Source: Eledone cirrhosa
Taxonomy: Eukaryota
Length of the DNA: 64,000 nucleotides
Assembly (NCBI GenBank): GCA_964016885.1
Contig: OZ024759.1
Coordinates: forward strand, 5,766,001 to 5,830,000
Direction of reading: 5' to 3'
Positions 1 through 14,600 of this stretch are shown here, one piece after another. The notes beneath the pieces are model-generated. The model was not told the DNA's origin. It ran no database searches and saw only the letters and a program-made list of their open reading frames with translations. Positions within the stretch are counted from its first letter, which is position 1; every line of letters starts with the position of its first letter. Position numbers and translations under genes: made by a program.

Positions 1-3000
1 TTGGTGAGAATTCATTTAAGTTCATGGTATTAGCTGTCAGAAGGAACTCCACTGTTGGTGAGAATTCATTTAAGGTCATGGTATTAGCTGTCAGAAGTAA
101 CTCCACTGTTGGTGAGAATTCATTTAAGTCATGGTACTAGCTGTCAGAAGTAACTCCATTGTTGGTGAGAGTTCATTTAAGTTCATGGTATTAGCTGTCA
201 GAAGTAACTCCAATGTTGGTGAGAATTCATTTAAGTTCATGGTATTAGCTGTCAGAAGTAACTCCACTGTTGGTGAGAATTCATTTAAGTTCATGGTATT
301 AGCTGTCAGAAGTAACTCCACTGTTGGTGAGAATTCATTTAAGTTCATGGTACTAGCTGTCAGAAGTAACTCCACTGTTGGTGAGAATTCATTTAAGTTC
401 ATGGTATTAGTTTGTCAGAAGTAACTCCACTGTTGGTGAGAATTCATTTAAGTCATGGTATTAGTTGTCAGAAGTAACTCCAATGTTGGTGAGAATTCAT
501 TTAAGTTCATGGTACTAGCTGTCAGAAGTAACTCCACTGTTGGTGAGAATTCATTTAAGTTCATGGTATTAGCTGTCAGAAGTAACTCCACTGTTGGTGA
601 GAATTCATTTAAGTCATGGTATTAGCTGTCAGAAGTCACTCCAATGTTGGTGAGAATTCATTTAAGTTCATGGTATTAGCTGTCAGAAGTCACTCCACTT
701 TTGGTGAGAATTCATTTAAGTTCATGGTACTAGCTGTCAGAAGTAACCCCAATGTTGGTGAGAATTCATTTAAGTTCATGGTATTAGCTGTCAGAAGTCA
801 CTCCAATGTTGGTGAGAATTCATTTAAGTTTATGGTATTAGCTGTCAGAAGTAACTCCACTGTTGGTGAGAATTCATTTAAGTTCATGGTATTAGCTGTC
901 AGAAGTAACTCCACTGTTGGTGAGAATTCATTTAAGTCATGGTACTCGCTGTCAGAAGTAACTCCACTGTTGGTGAGAATTCATTTAAGTTATGGTATTA
1001 GCTGTCAGAAGTAACTCCAATGTTGGTGAGAATTCATTTAGGTTCATGGTATTAGCTGTCAGAAGGAACTCAACTGTTGGTGAGAATTCATTTAAGTTCA
1101 TGGTATTAGCTGTCAGAAGTAACTCCACTGTTGGTGAGAATTCATTTAAGTTCATGGTACTAGCTGTCAGAAGTAACTCCAATGTTGGTGAGAATTCATT
1201 TAAGTTCATGGTATTAGCTGTCAGAAGTAACTCCACTGTTGGTGAGAATTCATTTAAGTCATGGTATTAGCTGTCAGAAGTAACTCCAATGTTGGTGAGA
1301 ATTCATTTAAGTTCATGGTATTAGCTGTCAGAAGTAACTCCACTGTTGGTGAGAATTCATTTAAGTTCATGGTATTAGCTGTCAGAAGTAACTCCACTGT
1401 TGGTGAGAATTCATTTAAGTTCATGGTACTAGCTGTCAGAAGTAACTCCACTGTTGGTGAGAATTCATTTAAGTTCATGCTATTAGTTTGTCAGAAGTAA
1501 CTCCACTGTTGGTGAGAATTCATTTAAGTCATGGTATTAGTTGTCAGAAGTAACTCCAATGTTGGTGAGAATTCATTTAAGTTCATGGTATTAGCTGTCA
1601 GAAGTAACTCCACTGTTGGTGAGAATTCATTTAAGTTCATGGTATTAGCTGTCAGAAGGAACTCCAATGTTGGTGAGAATTCATTTAAGTCATGGTACTA
1701 GCTGTCAGAAGTAACTCCACTGTTGGTGAGAATTCATTTAAGTTCATGGTATTAGCTGTCAGAAGGAACGCCACTGTTGGTGAGAATTCATTTAAGTTCA
1801 TGGTATTAGCTGTCAGAAGTAACTCCACTGTTGGTGAGAATTCATTTAAGTTCATGGTACTAGCTGTCAGAAGTAACTCCAATGTTGGTGAGAATTCATT
1901 TAAGTTCATGGTATTAGCTGTCAGAAGGAACTCCACTGTTGGTGAGAATTCATTTAAGGTCATGGTATTAGCTGTCAGAAGTAACTCCACTGTTGGTGAG
2001 AATTCATTTAAGTCATGGTACTAGCTGTCAGAAGTAACTCCATTGTTGGTGAGAGTTCATTTAAGTTCATGGTATTAGCTGTCAGAAGTAACTCCAATGT
2101 TGGTGAGAATTCATTTAAGTTCATGGTATTAGCTGTCAGAAGTAACTCCACTGTTGGTGAGAATTCATTTAAGTTCATGGTATTAGCTGTCAGAAGTAAC
2201 TCCACTGTTGGTGAGAATTCATTTAAGTTCATGGTACTAGCTGTCAGAAGTAACTCCACTGTTGGTGAGAATTCATTTAAGTTCATGGTATTAGTTTGTC
2301 AGAAGTAACTCCACTGTTGGTGAGAATTCATTTAAGTCATGGTATTAGTTGTCAGAAGTAACTCCAATGTTGGTGAGAATTCATTTAAGTTCATGGTACT
2401 AGCTGTCAGAAGTAACTCCACTGTTGGTGAGAATTCATTTAAGTTCATGGTATTAGCTGTCAGAAGTAACTCCACTGTTGGTGAGAATTCATTTAAGTCA
2501 TGGTATTAGCTGTCAGAAGTCACTCCAATGTTGGTGAGAATTCATTTAAGTTCATGGTATTAGCTGTCAGAAGTCACTCCACTTTTGGTGAGAATTCATT
2601 TAAGTTCATGGTACTAGCTGTCAGAAGTAACCCCAATGTTGGTGAGAATTCATTTAAGTTCATGGTATTAGCTGTCAGAAGTCACTCCAATGTTGGTGAG
2701 AATTCATTTAAGTTCATGGTATTAGCTGTCAGAAGTAACTCCACTGTTGGTGAGAATTCATTTAAGTTCATGGTATTAGCTGTCAGAAGTAACTCCACTG
2801 TTGGTGAGAATTCATTTAAGTCATGGTACTCGCTGTCAGAAGTAACTCCACTGTTGGTGAGAATTCATTTAAGTTATGGTATTAGCTGTCAGAAGTAACT
2901 CCAATGTTGGTGAGAATTCATTTAGGTTCATGGTATTAGCTGTCAGAAGTAACTCCACTGTTGGTGAGAATTCATTTAAGTTCATGGTATTAGCTGTCAG

Positions 3001-4705
3001 AAGTAACTCCACTGTTGGTGAGAATTCATTTAAGTTCATGGTACTAGCTGTCAGAAGTAACTCCAATGTTGGTGAGAATTCATTTAAGTTCATGGTATTA
3101 GCTGTCAGAAGTAACTCCACTGTTGGTGAGAATTCATTTAAGTCATGGTATTAGCTGTCAGAAGTAACTCCAATGTTGGTGAGAATTCATTTAAGTTCAT
3201 GGTATTAGCTGTCAGAAGTAACTCCACTGTTGGTGAGAATTCATTTAAGTTCATGGTATTAGCTGTCAGAAGTAACTCCACTGTTGGTGAGAATTCATTT
3301 AAGTTCATGGTACTAGCTGTCAGAAGTAACTCCACTGTTGGTGAGAATTCATTTAAGTTCATGCTATTAGTTTGTCAGAAGTAACTCCACTGTTGGTGAG
3401 AATTCATTTAAGTCATGGTATTAGTTGTCAGAAGTAACTCCAATGTTGGTGAGAATTCATTTAAGTTCATGGTATTAGCTGTCAGAAGTAACTCCACTGT
3501 TGGTGAGAATTCATTTAAGTTCATGGTATTAGCTGTCAGAAGGAACTCCAATGTTGGTGAGAATTCATTTAAGTCATGGTACTAGCTGTCAGAAGTAACT
3601 CCACTGTTGGTGAGAATTCATTTAAGTTCATGGTATTAGCTGTCAAAAGGAACGCCACTGTTGGTGAGAATTCATTTAAGTTCATGGTATTAGCTGTCAG
3701 AAGTAACTCCACTGTTGGTGAGAATTCATTTAAGTTCATGGTACTAGCTGTCAGAAGTAACTCCAATGTTGGTGAGAATTCATTTAAGTTCATGGTATTA
3801 GCTGTCAGAAGGAACTCCACTGTTGGTGAGAATTCATTTAAGTTCATGGTATTAGCTGTCAGAAGTAACTCCACTGTTGGTGAGAATTCATTTAAGTCAT
3901 GGTACTAGCTGTCAGAAGTAACTCCATTGTTGGTGAGAGTTCATTTAAGTTCATGGTATTAGCTGTCAGAAGTAACTCCAATGTTGGTGAGAATTCATTT
4001 AAGTTCATGGTATTAGCTGTCAGAAGTAACTCCACTGTTGGTGAGAATTCATTTAAGTTCATGGTATTAGCTGTCAGAAGTAACTCCACTGTTGGTGAGA
4101 ATTCATTTAAGTTCATGGTACTAGCTGTCAGAAGTAACACCACTGTTGGTGAGAATTCATTTAAGTTCATGGTATTAGTTTGTCAGAAGTAACTCCACTG
4201 TTGGTGAGAATTCATTTAAGTCATGGTATTAGTTGTCAGAAGTAACTCCAATGTTGGTGAGAATTCATTTAAGTTCATGGTACTAGCTGTCAGAAGTAAC
4301 TCCACTGTTGGTGAGAATTCATTTAAGTTCATGGTATTAGCTGTCAGAAGTAACTCCACTGTTGGTGAGAATTCATTTAAGTCATGGTATTAGCTGTCAG
4401 AAGTCACTCCAATGTTGGTGAGAATTCATTTAAGTTCATGGTATTAGCTGTCAGAAGTCACTCCACTTTTGGTGAGAATTCATTTAAGTTCATGGTACTA
4501 GCTGTCAGAAGTAACCCCAATGTTGGTGAGAATTCATTTAAGTTCATGGTATTAGCTGTCAGAAGTCACTCCAATGTTGGTGAGAATTCATTTAAGTTCA
4601 TGGTATTAGCTGTCAGAAGTAACTCCACTGTTGGTGAGAATTCATTTAAGTTCATGGTATTAGCTGTCAGAAGTAACTCCACTGTTGGTGAGAATTCATT
4701 TAAGT
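1..4705. repeat. Higher-order repeat, 1884-bp unit (35 monomers), about 2.5 copies visible
   Basis: Private EcoRI-destroying variant GAGAGTTC at 171, 2055 and 3939; ATGCTATT at 1478 and 3362; AAGTTATGG at ~987 and ~2871. ORF starts 131/2015/3899 and 616/2500/4384 are all spaced 1884. 35x54=1890, minus 8 deletions plus 2 insertions = 1884. Confidence 0.95.
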
Positions 4706-6429
4706 TCATGGTATTAGCTGTCAGAAGTAACTCCACTGTTGGTGAGAATTCATTTAAGTCATGGTACTCGCTGTCAGAAGTAACTCCACTGTTGGTGAGA
4801 ATTCATTTAAGTTCATGGTATTAGCTGTCAGAAGGAACGCCACTGTTGGTGAGAATTCATTTAAGTTCATGGTACTAGCTGTCAGAAGTAACTCCAATCT
4901 TGGTGAGAATTCATTTAAGTTCATGGTATTAGCTGTCAGAAGGAACGCCATTGTTGGTGAGAATTCATTTAAGTTCATGGTATTAGTTTGTCAGAAGTAA
5001 CTCCACTGTTGGTGAGAATTCATTTAAGTCATGGTATTAGTTGTCAGAAGTAACTCCAGTGTTGGTGAGAATTCATTTAAGTCATGGTACTAGCTGTCAG
5101 AAGTAACTCCAATGTTGGTGAGAATTCATTTAAGTTCATGGTATTAGCTGTCAGAAGTAACTCCACTGTTTATGAGAATTCATTTAAGTTCATGGTATTA
5201 GCTTTCAGAAGTAACTCCACTGTTGGTGAGAATTCATTTAAGTTCATGGTACTAGCTGTCGGAAGTAACTCCACTGTTGGTGAGAATTCATTTAAGTTCA
5301 TGGTATTAGCTGTCAGAAGTAACTCCAATGTTGGTTAGAATTCATTTAAGTTCATGGTATTAGCTGTCAGAAGGAACTCCACTGTTGGTGAGAATTCATT
5401 TAAGTTCATGGTATTAGCTGTCAGAAGTAACTCCACTGTTGGTGAGAATTCATTTAAGTTCATGGTACTAGCTGTCAGAAGTAACTCCACTGTTGGTGAG
5501 AATTCATTTAAGTTCATGTTATTAGTTTGTCAGAAGTAACTCCACTGTTGGTGAGAATTCATTTAAGTTCATGGTATTAGCTGTCAGAAGTAACTCCACT
5601 GTTGGTGAGAATTCATTTAAGTTCATGGTATTAGCTGTCAGAAGTAACTCCACTGTTGGTGAGAATTCATTTAAGTTCATGGTATTAGCTGTCAGAAGTA
5701 ACTCCACTGTTGGTGAGAATTCATTTAAGTTCATGGTATTAGCTGTCAGAAGTAACTCCACTGTTGGTGAGAATTCATTTAAGTTCATGGTATTAGCTGT
5801 CAGAAGTAACTCCACTGTTGGTGAGAATTCATTTAAGTTCATGGTACTAGCTGTCAGAAGTAACTCCACTGTTGGTGAGAATTCATTTAAGTTCATGGTA
5901 TTAGTTTGTCAGAAGTAACTCCACTGTTGGTGAGAATTCATTTAAGTCATGGTATTAGTTGTCAGAAGTAACTCCAATGTTGGTGAGAATTCATTTAAGT
6001 TCATGGTACTAGCTGTCAGAAGTAACTCCACTGTTGGTGAGAATTCATTTAAGTTCATGGTATTAGCTGTCAGAAGTAACTCCACTGTTGGTGAGAATTC
6101 ATTTAAGTCATGGTATTAGCTGTCAGAAGTAACTCCATTGTTGGTGAGAATTCATTTAAGCCATGGTACTAGCTGTCAGAAGTAACTCCACTGTTGGTGA
6201 GAATTCATTTAAGTTCATGGTATTAGCTGTCAGAAGGAACTCCACTGTTGGTGAGAATTCATTTAAGTTCATGGTATTAGCTGTCAGAAGTAACTCCACT
6301 GTTGGTGAGAATTCATTTAAGTTCATGGTACTAGTTGTCAGAAGTAACTCCACTGTTGGTGAGAATTCATTTAAGTTCATGGTATTAGTTGTCAGAAGTA
6401 ACTCCACTGTTGGTGAGAATTCATTTAAG

Positions 6430-9400
6430 TCATGGTATTAGTTGTCAGAAGTAACTCCAATGTTGGTGAGAATTCATTTAAGTTCATGGTACTAGCTGTC
6501 AGAAGTAACTCCACTGTTGGTGAGAATTCATTTAAGTTCATGGTATTAGCTGTCAGAAGTAACTCCACTGTTGGTGAGAATTCATTTAAGTCATGGTATT
6601 AGCTGTCAGAAGTAACTCCATTGTTGGTGAGAATTCATTTAAGTCATGGTACTAGCTGTCAGAAGTAACTCCACTGTTGGTGAGAATTCATTTACGTTCA
6701 TGGTACTAGCTGTCAGAAGTAACTCCACTGTTGGTGAGATTTCATTTAAGTTCATGGTACTAGCTGTCAGAAGTAACTCCACTGTTGGTGAGAATTCATT
6801 TAAGTTCATGGTACTAGCTGTCAGAAGTAACTCCACTGTTGGTGAGATTTCATTTAAGTTCATGGTACTAGCTGTCAGAAGTAACTCCACTGTTGGTGAG
6901 AATTCATTTAAGTTCATGGTATTAGCTGTCAGAAGTAACTCCAATGTTGGTGAGAATTCATTTAAGTTCATGGTATTAGCTGTCAGAAGTAACTCCACTG
7001 TTGGTGAGAATTTATTTAAGTTCATGGTATTAGCTGTCAGAAGTAACTCCACTGTTGGTGAGAATTCATTTAAGTTCATGGTACTAGCTGTCAGAAGTAA
7101 CTCCACTGTTGGTGAGAATTCATTTAAGTTCATGGTATTAGTTTGTCAGAAGTAACTCCACTGTTGGTGAGAATTCATTTAAGTCATGGTATTAGTTGTC
7201 AGAAGTAACTCCAATGTTGGTGAGAATTCATTTAAGTTCATGGTACTAGCTGTCAGAAGTAACTCCACTGTTGGTGAAAATTCATTTAAGTTCATGGTAT
7301 TAGCTGTCAGAAGTAACTCCACTGTTGGTGAGAATTCATTTAAGTCATGGTATTAGCTGTCAGAAGTCACTCCAATGTTGGTGAGAATTCATTTAAGTTC
7401 ATGGTATTAGCTGTCAGAAGTCACTCCACTTTTGGTGAGAATTCATTTAAGTTCATGGTACTAGCTGTCAGAAGTAACCCCAATGTTGGTGAGAATTCAT
7501 TTAAGTTCATGGTATTAGCTGTCAGAAGTCACTCCAATGTTGGTGAGAATTCATTTAAGTTCATGGTATTAGCTGTCAGAAGTAACTCCACTGTTGGTGA
7601 GAATTCATTTAAGTTCATGGTATTAGCTGTCAGAAGTAACTCCACTGTTGGTGAGAATTCATTTAAGTTCATGGTATTAGCTGTCAGAAGTAACTCCACT
7701 GTTGGTGAGAATTCATTTAAGTCATGGTACTCGCTGCCAGAAGTAACTCCACTGTTGGTGAGAATTCATTTAAGTTCATGGTATTAGCTGTCAGAAGTCA
7801 CTCCACTTTTGGTGAGAATTCATTTAAGTTCATGGTACTAGCTGTCAGAAGTAACCCCAATGTTGGTGAGAATTCATTTAAGTTCATGGTATTAGCTGTC
7901 AGAAGTCACTCCAATGTTGGTGAGAATTCATTTAAGTTCATGGTATTAGCTGTCAGAAGTAACTCCACTGTTGGTGAGAATTCATTTAAGTTCATGGTAT
8001 TAGCTGTCAGAAGTAACTCCACTGTTGGTGAGAATTCATTTAAGTTCATGGTATTAGCTGTTAGAAGGAACGCCATTGTTGGTGAGAATTCATTTAAGTT
8101 CATGGTATTAGTTTGTCAGAAGTAACTCCACTGTTGGTGAGAATTCATTTAAGTCATGGTATTAGTTAGTCAGAAGTAACTCCAGTGTTGGTGAGAATTC
8201 ATTTAAGTCATGGTACTAGCTGTCAGAAGTAACTCCAATGTTGGTGAGAATTCATTTAAGTTCATGGTATTAGCTGTCAGAAGTAACTCCACTGTTTATG
8301 AGAATTCATTTAAGTTCATGGTATTAGCTGTCAGAAGTAACTCCACTGTTGGTGAGAATTCATTTAAGTTCATGGTACTAGCTGTCAGAAGTAACTCCAC
8401 TGTTGGTGAGAATTCATTTAAGTTCATGGTATTAGCTGTCAGAAGTAACTCCAATGTTGGTTAGAATTCATTTAAGTTCATGGTATTAGCTGTCAGAAGT
8501 AACTCCACTGTTGGTGAGAATTCATTTAAGTTCATAGTATTAGCTGTCAGAAGTAACTCCACTGTTGGTGAGAATTCATTTAAGTTCATGGTACTAGCTG
8601 TCAGAAGTAACTCCACTGTTGGTGAGAATTCATTTAAGTTCATGTTATTAGTTTGTCAGAAGTAACTCCACTGTTGGTGAGAATTCATTTAAGTCATGGT
8701 ATTAGTTGTCAGAAGTAACTCCAATGTTGGTGAGAATTCATTTAAGTTCATGGTACTAGCTGTCAGAAGTAACTCCACTGTTGGTGAGAATTCATTTAAG
8801 TTCATGGTATTAGCTGTCAGAAGTAACTCCACTGTTGGTGAGAATTCATTTAAGTCATGGTATTAGCTGTCAGAAGTAACTCCATTGTTGGTGAGAATTC
8901 ATTTAAGTCATGGTACTAGCTGTCAGAAGTAACTCCACTGTTGGTGAGAATTCATTTACGTTCATGGTACTAGCTGTCAGAAGTAACTCCACTGTTGGTG
9001 AGATTTCATTTAAGTTCATGGTACTAGCTGTCAGAAGTAACTCCACTGTTGGTGAGAATTCATTTAAGTTCATGGTTCTAGCTGACAGAAGTAACTCCAC
9101 TGTTGGTGAGAATTCATTTAAGTTCATGGTACTAGCTGTCAGAAGTAACTCCAATGTTGGTGAGAATTCATTTAAGTTCATGGTATTAGCTGTCAGAAGT
9201 AACTCCACTGTTGGTGAGAATTCATTTAAGTTCATGGTACTAGCTGTCAGAAGTAACTCCACTGTTGGTGAGAATTCATTTAAGTTCATGGTATTAGCTG
9301 TCAGAAGTCACTCCAATGTTGGTGAGAATTCATTTAAGTTCATGGTATTAGCTGTCAGAAGGCACTCCACTGTTGGTGAGAATTCATTTAAGTTCATGGT

Positions 9401-11660
9401 ACTAGCTGTCAGAAGTAACTCCAGTGTTGGTGAGAATTCATTTAAGTCATGGTACTAGCTGTCAGAAGTAACTCCAATGTTGGTGAGAATTCATTTAAGT
9501 TCATGGTATTAGCTGTCAGAAGTAACTCCACTGTTTATGAGAATTCATTTAAGTTCATGGTATTAGCTTTCAGAAGTAACTCCACTGTTGGTGAGAATTC
9601 ATTTAAGTTCATGGTACTAGCTGTCGGAAGTAACTCCACTGTTGGTGAGAATTCATTTAAGTTCATGGTATTAGCTGTCAGAAGTAACTCCACTGTTGGT
9701 GAGAATTCATTTAAGTCATGGTACTCGCTGTGAGAAGTAACTCCACTGTTGGTGAGAATTCATTTAAGTTCATGGTATTAGCTGTCAGAAGGAACGCCAC
9801 TGTTGGTGAGAATTCATTTAAGTTCATGGTACTAGCTGTCAGAAGTAACTCCAATGTTGGTGAGAATTCATTTAAGTTCATGGTATTAGCTGTCAGAAGG
9901 AACGCCATTGTTGGTGAGAATTCATTTAAGTTCATGGTATTAGCTGTCAGAAGTAACTCCACTGTTTATGAGAATTCATTTAAGTTCATGGTATTAGCTT
10001 TCAGAAGTAACTCCACTGTTGGTGAGAATTCATTTAAGTTCATGGTACTAGCTGTCGGAAGTAACTCCACTGTTGGTTAGAATTCATTTAAGTTCATGGT
10101 ATTAGCTGTCAGAAGTAACTCCACTGTTGGTGAGAATTCATTTAAGTTCATGGTATTAGCTGTCAGAAGTAACTCCACTGTTGGTGAGAATTCATTTAAG
10201 TTCATGGCACTAGCTGTCAGAAGTAACTCCACTGTTGGTGAGAATTCATTTAAGTTCATGTTATTAGTTTGTCAGAAGTAACTCCACTGTTGGTGAGAAT
10301 TCATTTAAGTCATGGTATTAGTTGTCAGAAGTAACTCCAATGTTGGTGAGAATTCATTTAAGTTCATGGTACTAGCTGTCAGAAGTAACTCCACTGTTGG
10401 TGAGAATTCATTTAAGTTCATGGTATTAGCTGTCAGAAGTAACTCCACTGTTGGTGAGAATTCATTTAAGTCATGGTATTAGCTGTCAGAAGTAACTCCA
10501 TTGTTGGTGAGAATTCATTTAAGTCATGGTACTAGCTGTCAGAAGTAACTCCACTGTTGGTGAGAATTCATTTACGTTCATGGTACTAGCTGTCAGAAGT
10601 AACTCCACTGTTGGTGAGATTTCATTTAAGTTCATGGTACTAGCTGTCAGAAGTAACTCCACTGTTGGTGAGAATTCATTTAAGTTCATGGTACTAGCTG
10701 TCAGAAGTAACTCCACTGTTGGTGAGATTTCATTTAAGTTCATGGTACTAGCTGTCAGAAGTAACTCCACTGTTGGTGAGAATTCATTTAAGTTCATGGT
10801 ATTAGCTGTCAGAAGTAACTCCAATGTTGGTGAGAATTCATTTAAGTTCATGGTATTAGCTGTCAGAAGTAACTCCACTGTTGGTGAGAATTTATTTAAG
10901 TTCATGGTATTAGCTGTCAGAAGTAACTCCACTGTTGGTGAGAATTCATTTAAGTTCATGGTACTAGCTGTCAGAAGTAACTCCACTGTTGGTGAGAATT
11001 CATTTAAGTTCATGGTATTAGTTTGTCAGAAGTAACTCCACTGTTGGTGAGAATTCATTTAAGTCATGGTATTAGTTGTCAGAAGTAACTCCAATGTTGG
11101 TGAGAATTCATTTAAGTTCATGGTACTAGCTGTCAGAAGTAACTCCACTGTTGGTGAAAATTCATTTAAGTTCATGGTATTAGCTGTCAGAAGTAACTCC
11201 ACTGTTGGTGAGAATTCATTTAAGTCATGGTATTAGCTGTCAGAAGTCACTCCAATGTTGGTGAGAATTCATTTAAGTTCATGGTATTAGCTGTCAGAAG
11301 TCACTCCACTTTTGGTGAGAATTCATTTAAGTTCATGGTACTAGCTGTCAGAAGTAACCCCAATGTTGGTGAGAATTCATTTAAGTTCATGGCATTAGCT
11401 GTCAGAAGTCACTCCAATGTTGGTGAGAATTCATTTAAGTTCATGGTATTAGCTGTCAGAAGTAACTCCACTGTTGGTGAGAATTCATTTAAGTTCATGG
11501 TATTAGCTGTCAGAAGTAACTCCACTGTTGGTGAGAATTCATTTAAGTTCATGGTATTAGCTGTCAGAAATAACTCCACTGTTGGTGAGAATTCATTTAA
11601 GTCATGGTACTCGCTGTCAGAAGTAACTCCACTGTTGGTGAGAATTCATTTAAGTTCATG
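6430..11660. repeat. Block duplication within the array, ~6430-7780 vs ~10310-11660 (offset 3880 bp, ~72 monomers)
   Basis: Shared rare markers TTTACGTTC, two GAGATTTC, GAATTTATT and GTGAAAATT (7271/11151) occur in the same order. ORF pairs 6646/10526 and 7347/11227. Confidence 0.9.
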
Positions 11661-14600
11661 GTATTAGCTGTCAGAAGGAACGCCACTGTTGGTGAGAATT
11701 CATTTAAGTTCATGGTACTAGCTGTCAGAAGTAACTCCAATGTTGGTGAGAATTCATTTAAGTTCATGGTATTAGCTGTCAGAAGGAACGCCATTGTTGG
11801 TGAGAATTCATTTAAGTTCATGGTATTAGTTTGTCAGAAGTAACTCCACTGTTGGTGAGAATTCATTTAAGTCATGGTATTAGTTGTCAGAAGTAACTCC
11901 AGTGTTGGTGAGAATTCATTTAAGTTCATGGTATTAGCTGTCAGAAGTAACTCCACTGTTTATGAGAATTCATTTAAGTTCATGGTATTAGCTGTCAGAA
12001 GTAACTCCACTGTTGGTGAGAATTCATTTAAGTTCATGGTACTAGCTGTCAGAAGTAACTCCACTGTTGGTGAGAATTCATTTAAGTTCATGGTATTAGC
12101 TGTCAGAAGTAACTCCAATGTTGGTTAGAATTCATTTAAGTTCATGGTATTAGCTGTCAGAAGTAACTCCACTGTTGGTGAGAATTCATTTAAGTTCATG
12201 GTATTAGCTGTCAGAAGTAACTCCACTGTTGGTGAGAATTCATTTAAGTTCATGGTACTAGCTGTCAGAAGTAACTCCACTGTTGGTGAGAATTCATTTA
12301 AGTTCATGTTATTAGTTTGTCAGAAGTAACTCCACTGTTGGTGAGAATTCATTTAAGTCATGGTATTAGTTGTCAGAAGTAACTCCAATGTTGGTGAGAA
12401 TTCATTTAAGTTCATGGTACTAGCTGTCAGAAGTAACTCCACTGTTGGTGAGAATTCATTTAAGTTCATGGTATTAGCTGTCAGAAGTAACTCCACTGTT
12501 GGTGAGAATTCATTTAAGTCATGGTATTAGCTGTCAGAAGTAACTCCATTGTTGGTGAGAATTCATTTAAGTCATGGTACTAGCTGTCAGAAGTAACTCC
12601 ACTGTTGGTGAGAATTCATTTACGTTCATGGTACTAGCTGTCAGAAGTAACTCCACTGTTGGTGAGATTTCATTTAAGTTCATGGTACTAGCTGTCAGAA
12701 GTAACTCCACTGTTGGTGAGAATTCATTTAAGTTCATGGTATTAGCTGTCAGAAGTCACTCCAATGTTGGTGAGAATTCATTTAAGTTCATGGTATTAGC
12801 TGTCAGAAGGCACTCCACTGTTGGTGAGAATTCATTTAAGTTCATGGTACTAGCTGTCAGAAGTAACTCCAGTGTTGGTGAGAATTCATTTAAGTCATGG
12901 TACTAGCTGTCAGATGTAACTCCAATGTTGGTGAGAATTCATTTAAGTTCATGGTATTAGCTGTCAGAAGTAACTCCACTGTTTATGAGAATTCATTTAA
13001 GTTCATGGTATTAGCTTTCAGAAGTAACTCCACTGTTGGTGAGAATTCATTTAAGTTCATGGTACTAGCTGTCGGAAGTAACTCCACTGTTGGTGAGAAT
13101 TCATTTAAGTTCATGGTATTAGCTGTCAGAAGTAACTCCACTGTTGGTGAGAATTCATTTAAGTCATGGTACTCGCTGTCAGAAGTAACTCCACTGTTGG
13201 TGAGAATTCATTTAAGTTCATGGTATTAGCTGTCAGAAGGAACGCCACTGTTGGTGAGAATTCATTTAAGTTCATGGTACTAGCTGTCAGAAGTAACTCC
13301 AATGTTGGTGAGAATTCATTTAAGTTCATGGTATTAGCTGTCAGAAGGAACGCCATTGTTGGTGAGAATTCATTTAAGTTCATGGTATTAGTTTGTCAGA
13401 AGTAACTCCACTGTTGGTGAGAATTCATTTAAGTCATGGTATTAGTTGTCAGAAGTAACTCCAGTGTTGGTGAGAATTCATTTAAGTCATGGTACTAGCT
13501 GTCAGAAGTAACTCCAATGTTGGTGAGAATTCATTTAAGTTCATGGTATTAGCTGTCAGAAGTAACTCCACTGTTTATGAGAATTCATTTAAGTTCATGG
13601 TATTAGCTTTCAGAAGTAACTCCACTGTTGGTGAGAATTCATTTAAGTTCATGGTACTAGCTGTCGGAAGTAACTCCACTGTTGGTGAGAATTCATTTAA
13701 GTTCATGGTATTAGCTGTCAGAAGTAACTCCAATGTTGGTTAGAATTCATTTAAGTTCATGGTATTAGCTGTCAGAAGTAACTCCACTGTTGGTGAGAAT
13801 TCATTTAAGTTCATGGTATTAGCTGTCAGAAGTAACTCCACTGTTGGTGAGAATTCATTTAAGTTCATGGTACTAGCTGTCAGAAGTAACTCCACTGTTG
13901 GTGAGAATTCATTTAAGTTCATGTTATTAGTTTGTCAGAAGTAACTCCACTGTTGGTGAGAATTCATTTAAGTCATGGTATTAGTTGTCAGAAGTAACTC
14001 CAATGTTGGTGAGAATTCATTTAAGTCATGGTATTAGCTGTCAGAAGTAACTCCATTGTTGGTGAGAATTCATTTAAGTCATGGTACTAGCTGTCAGAAG
14101 TAACTCCACTGTTGGTGAGAATTCATTTACGTTCATGGTACTAGCTGTCAGAAGTAACTCCACTGTTGGTGAGATTTCATTTAAGTTCATGGTACTAGCT
14201 GTCAGAAGTAACTCCACTGTTGGTGAGAATTCATTTAAGTTCATGGTACTAGCTGTCAGAAGTAACTCCACTGTTGGTGAGAATTCATTTAAGTTCATGG
14301 TATTAGTTGTCAGAAGTAACTCCACTGTTGGTGAGAATTCATTTAAGTCATGGTATTAGTTGTCAGAAGTAACTCCAATGTTGGTGAGAATTCATTTAAG
14401 TTCATGGTACTAGCTGTCAGAAGTAACTCCACTGTTGGTGAGAATTCATTTAAGTTCATGGTACTAGCTGTCAGAAGGAACGCCACTGTTGGTGAGAATT
14501 CATTTAAGTTCATGGTATTAGCTGTCAGAAGTAACTCCACTGTTGGTGAGATTTCATTTAAGTTCATGGTACTAGCTGTCAGAAGTAACTCCAATGTTGG

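Noticed and set aside
1037-1045. TTTAGG/TTAGG telomere-like motif
   Set aside because: These are isolated A>G variants of TTTAAG (also ~2921, ~22481, ~34272), not tandem telomeric repeats.
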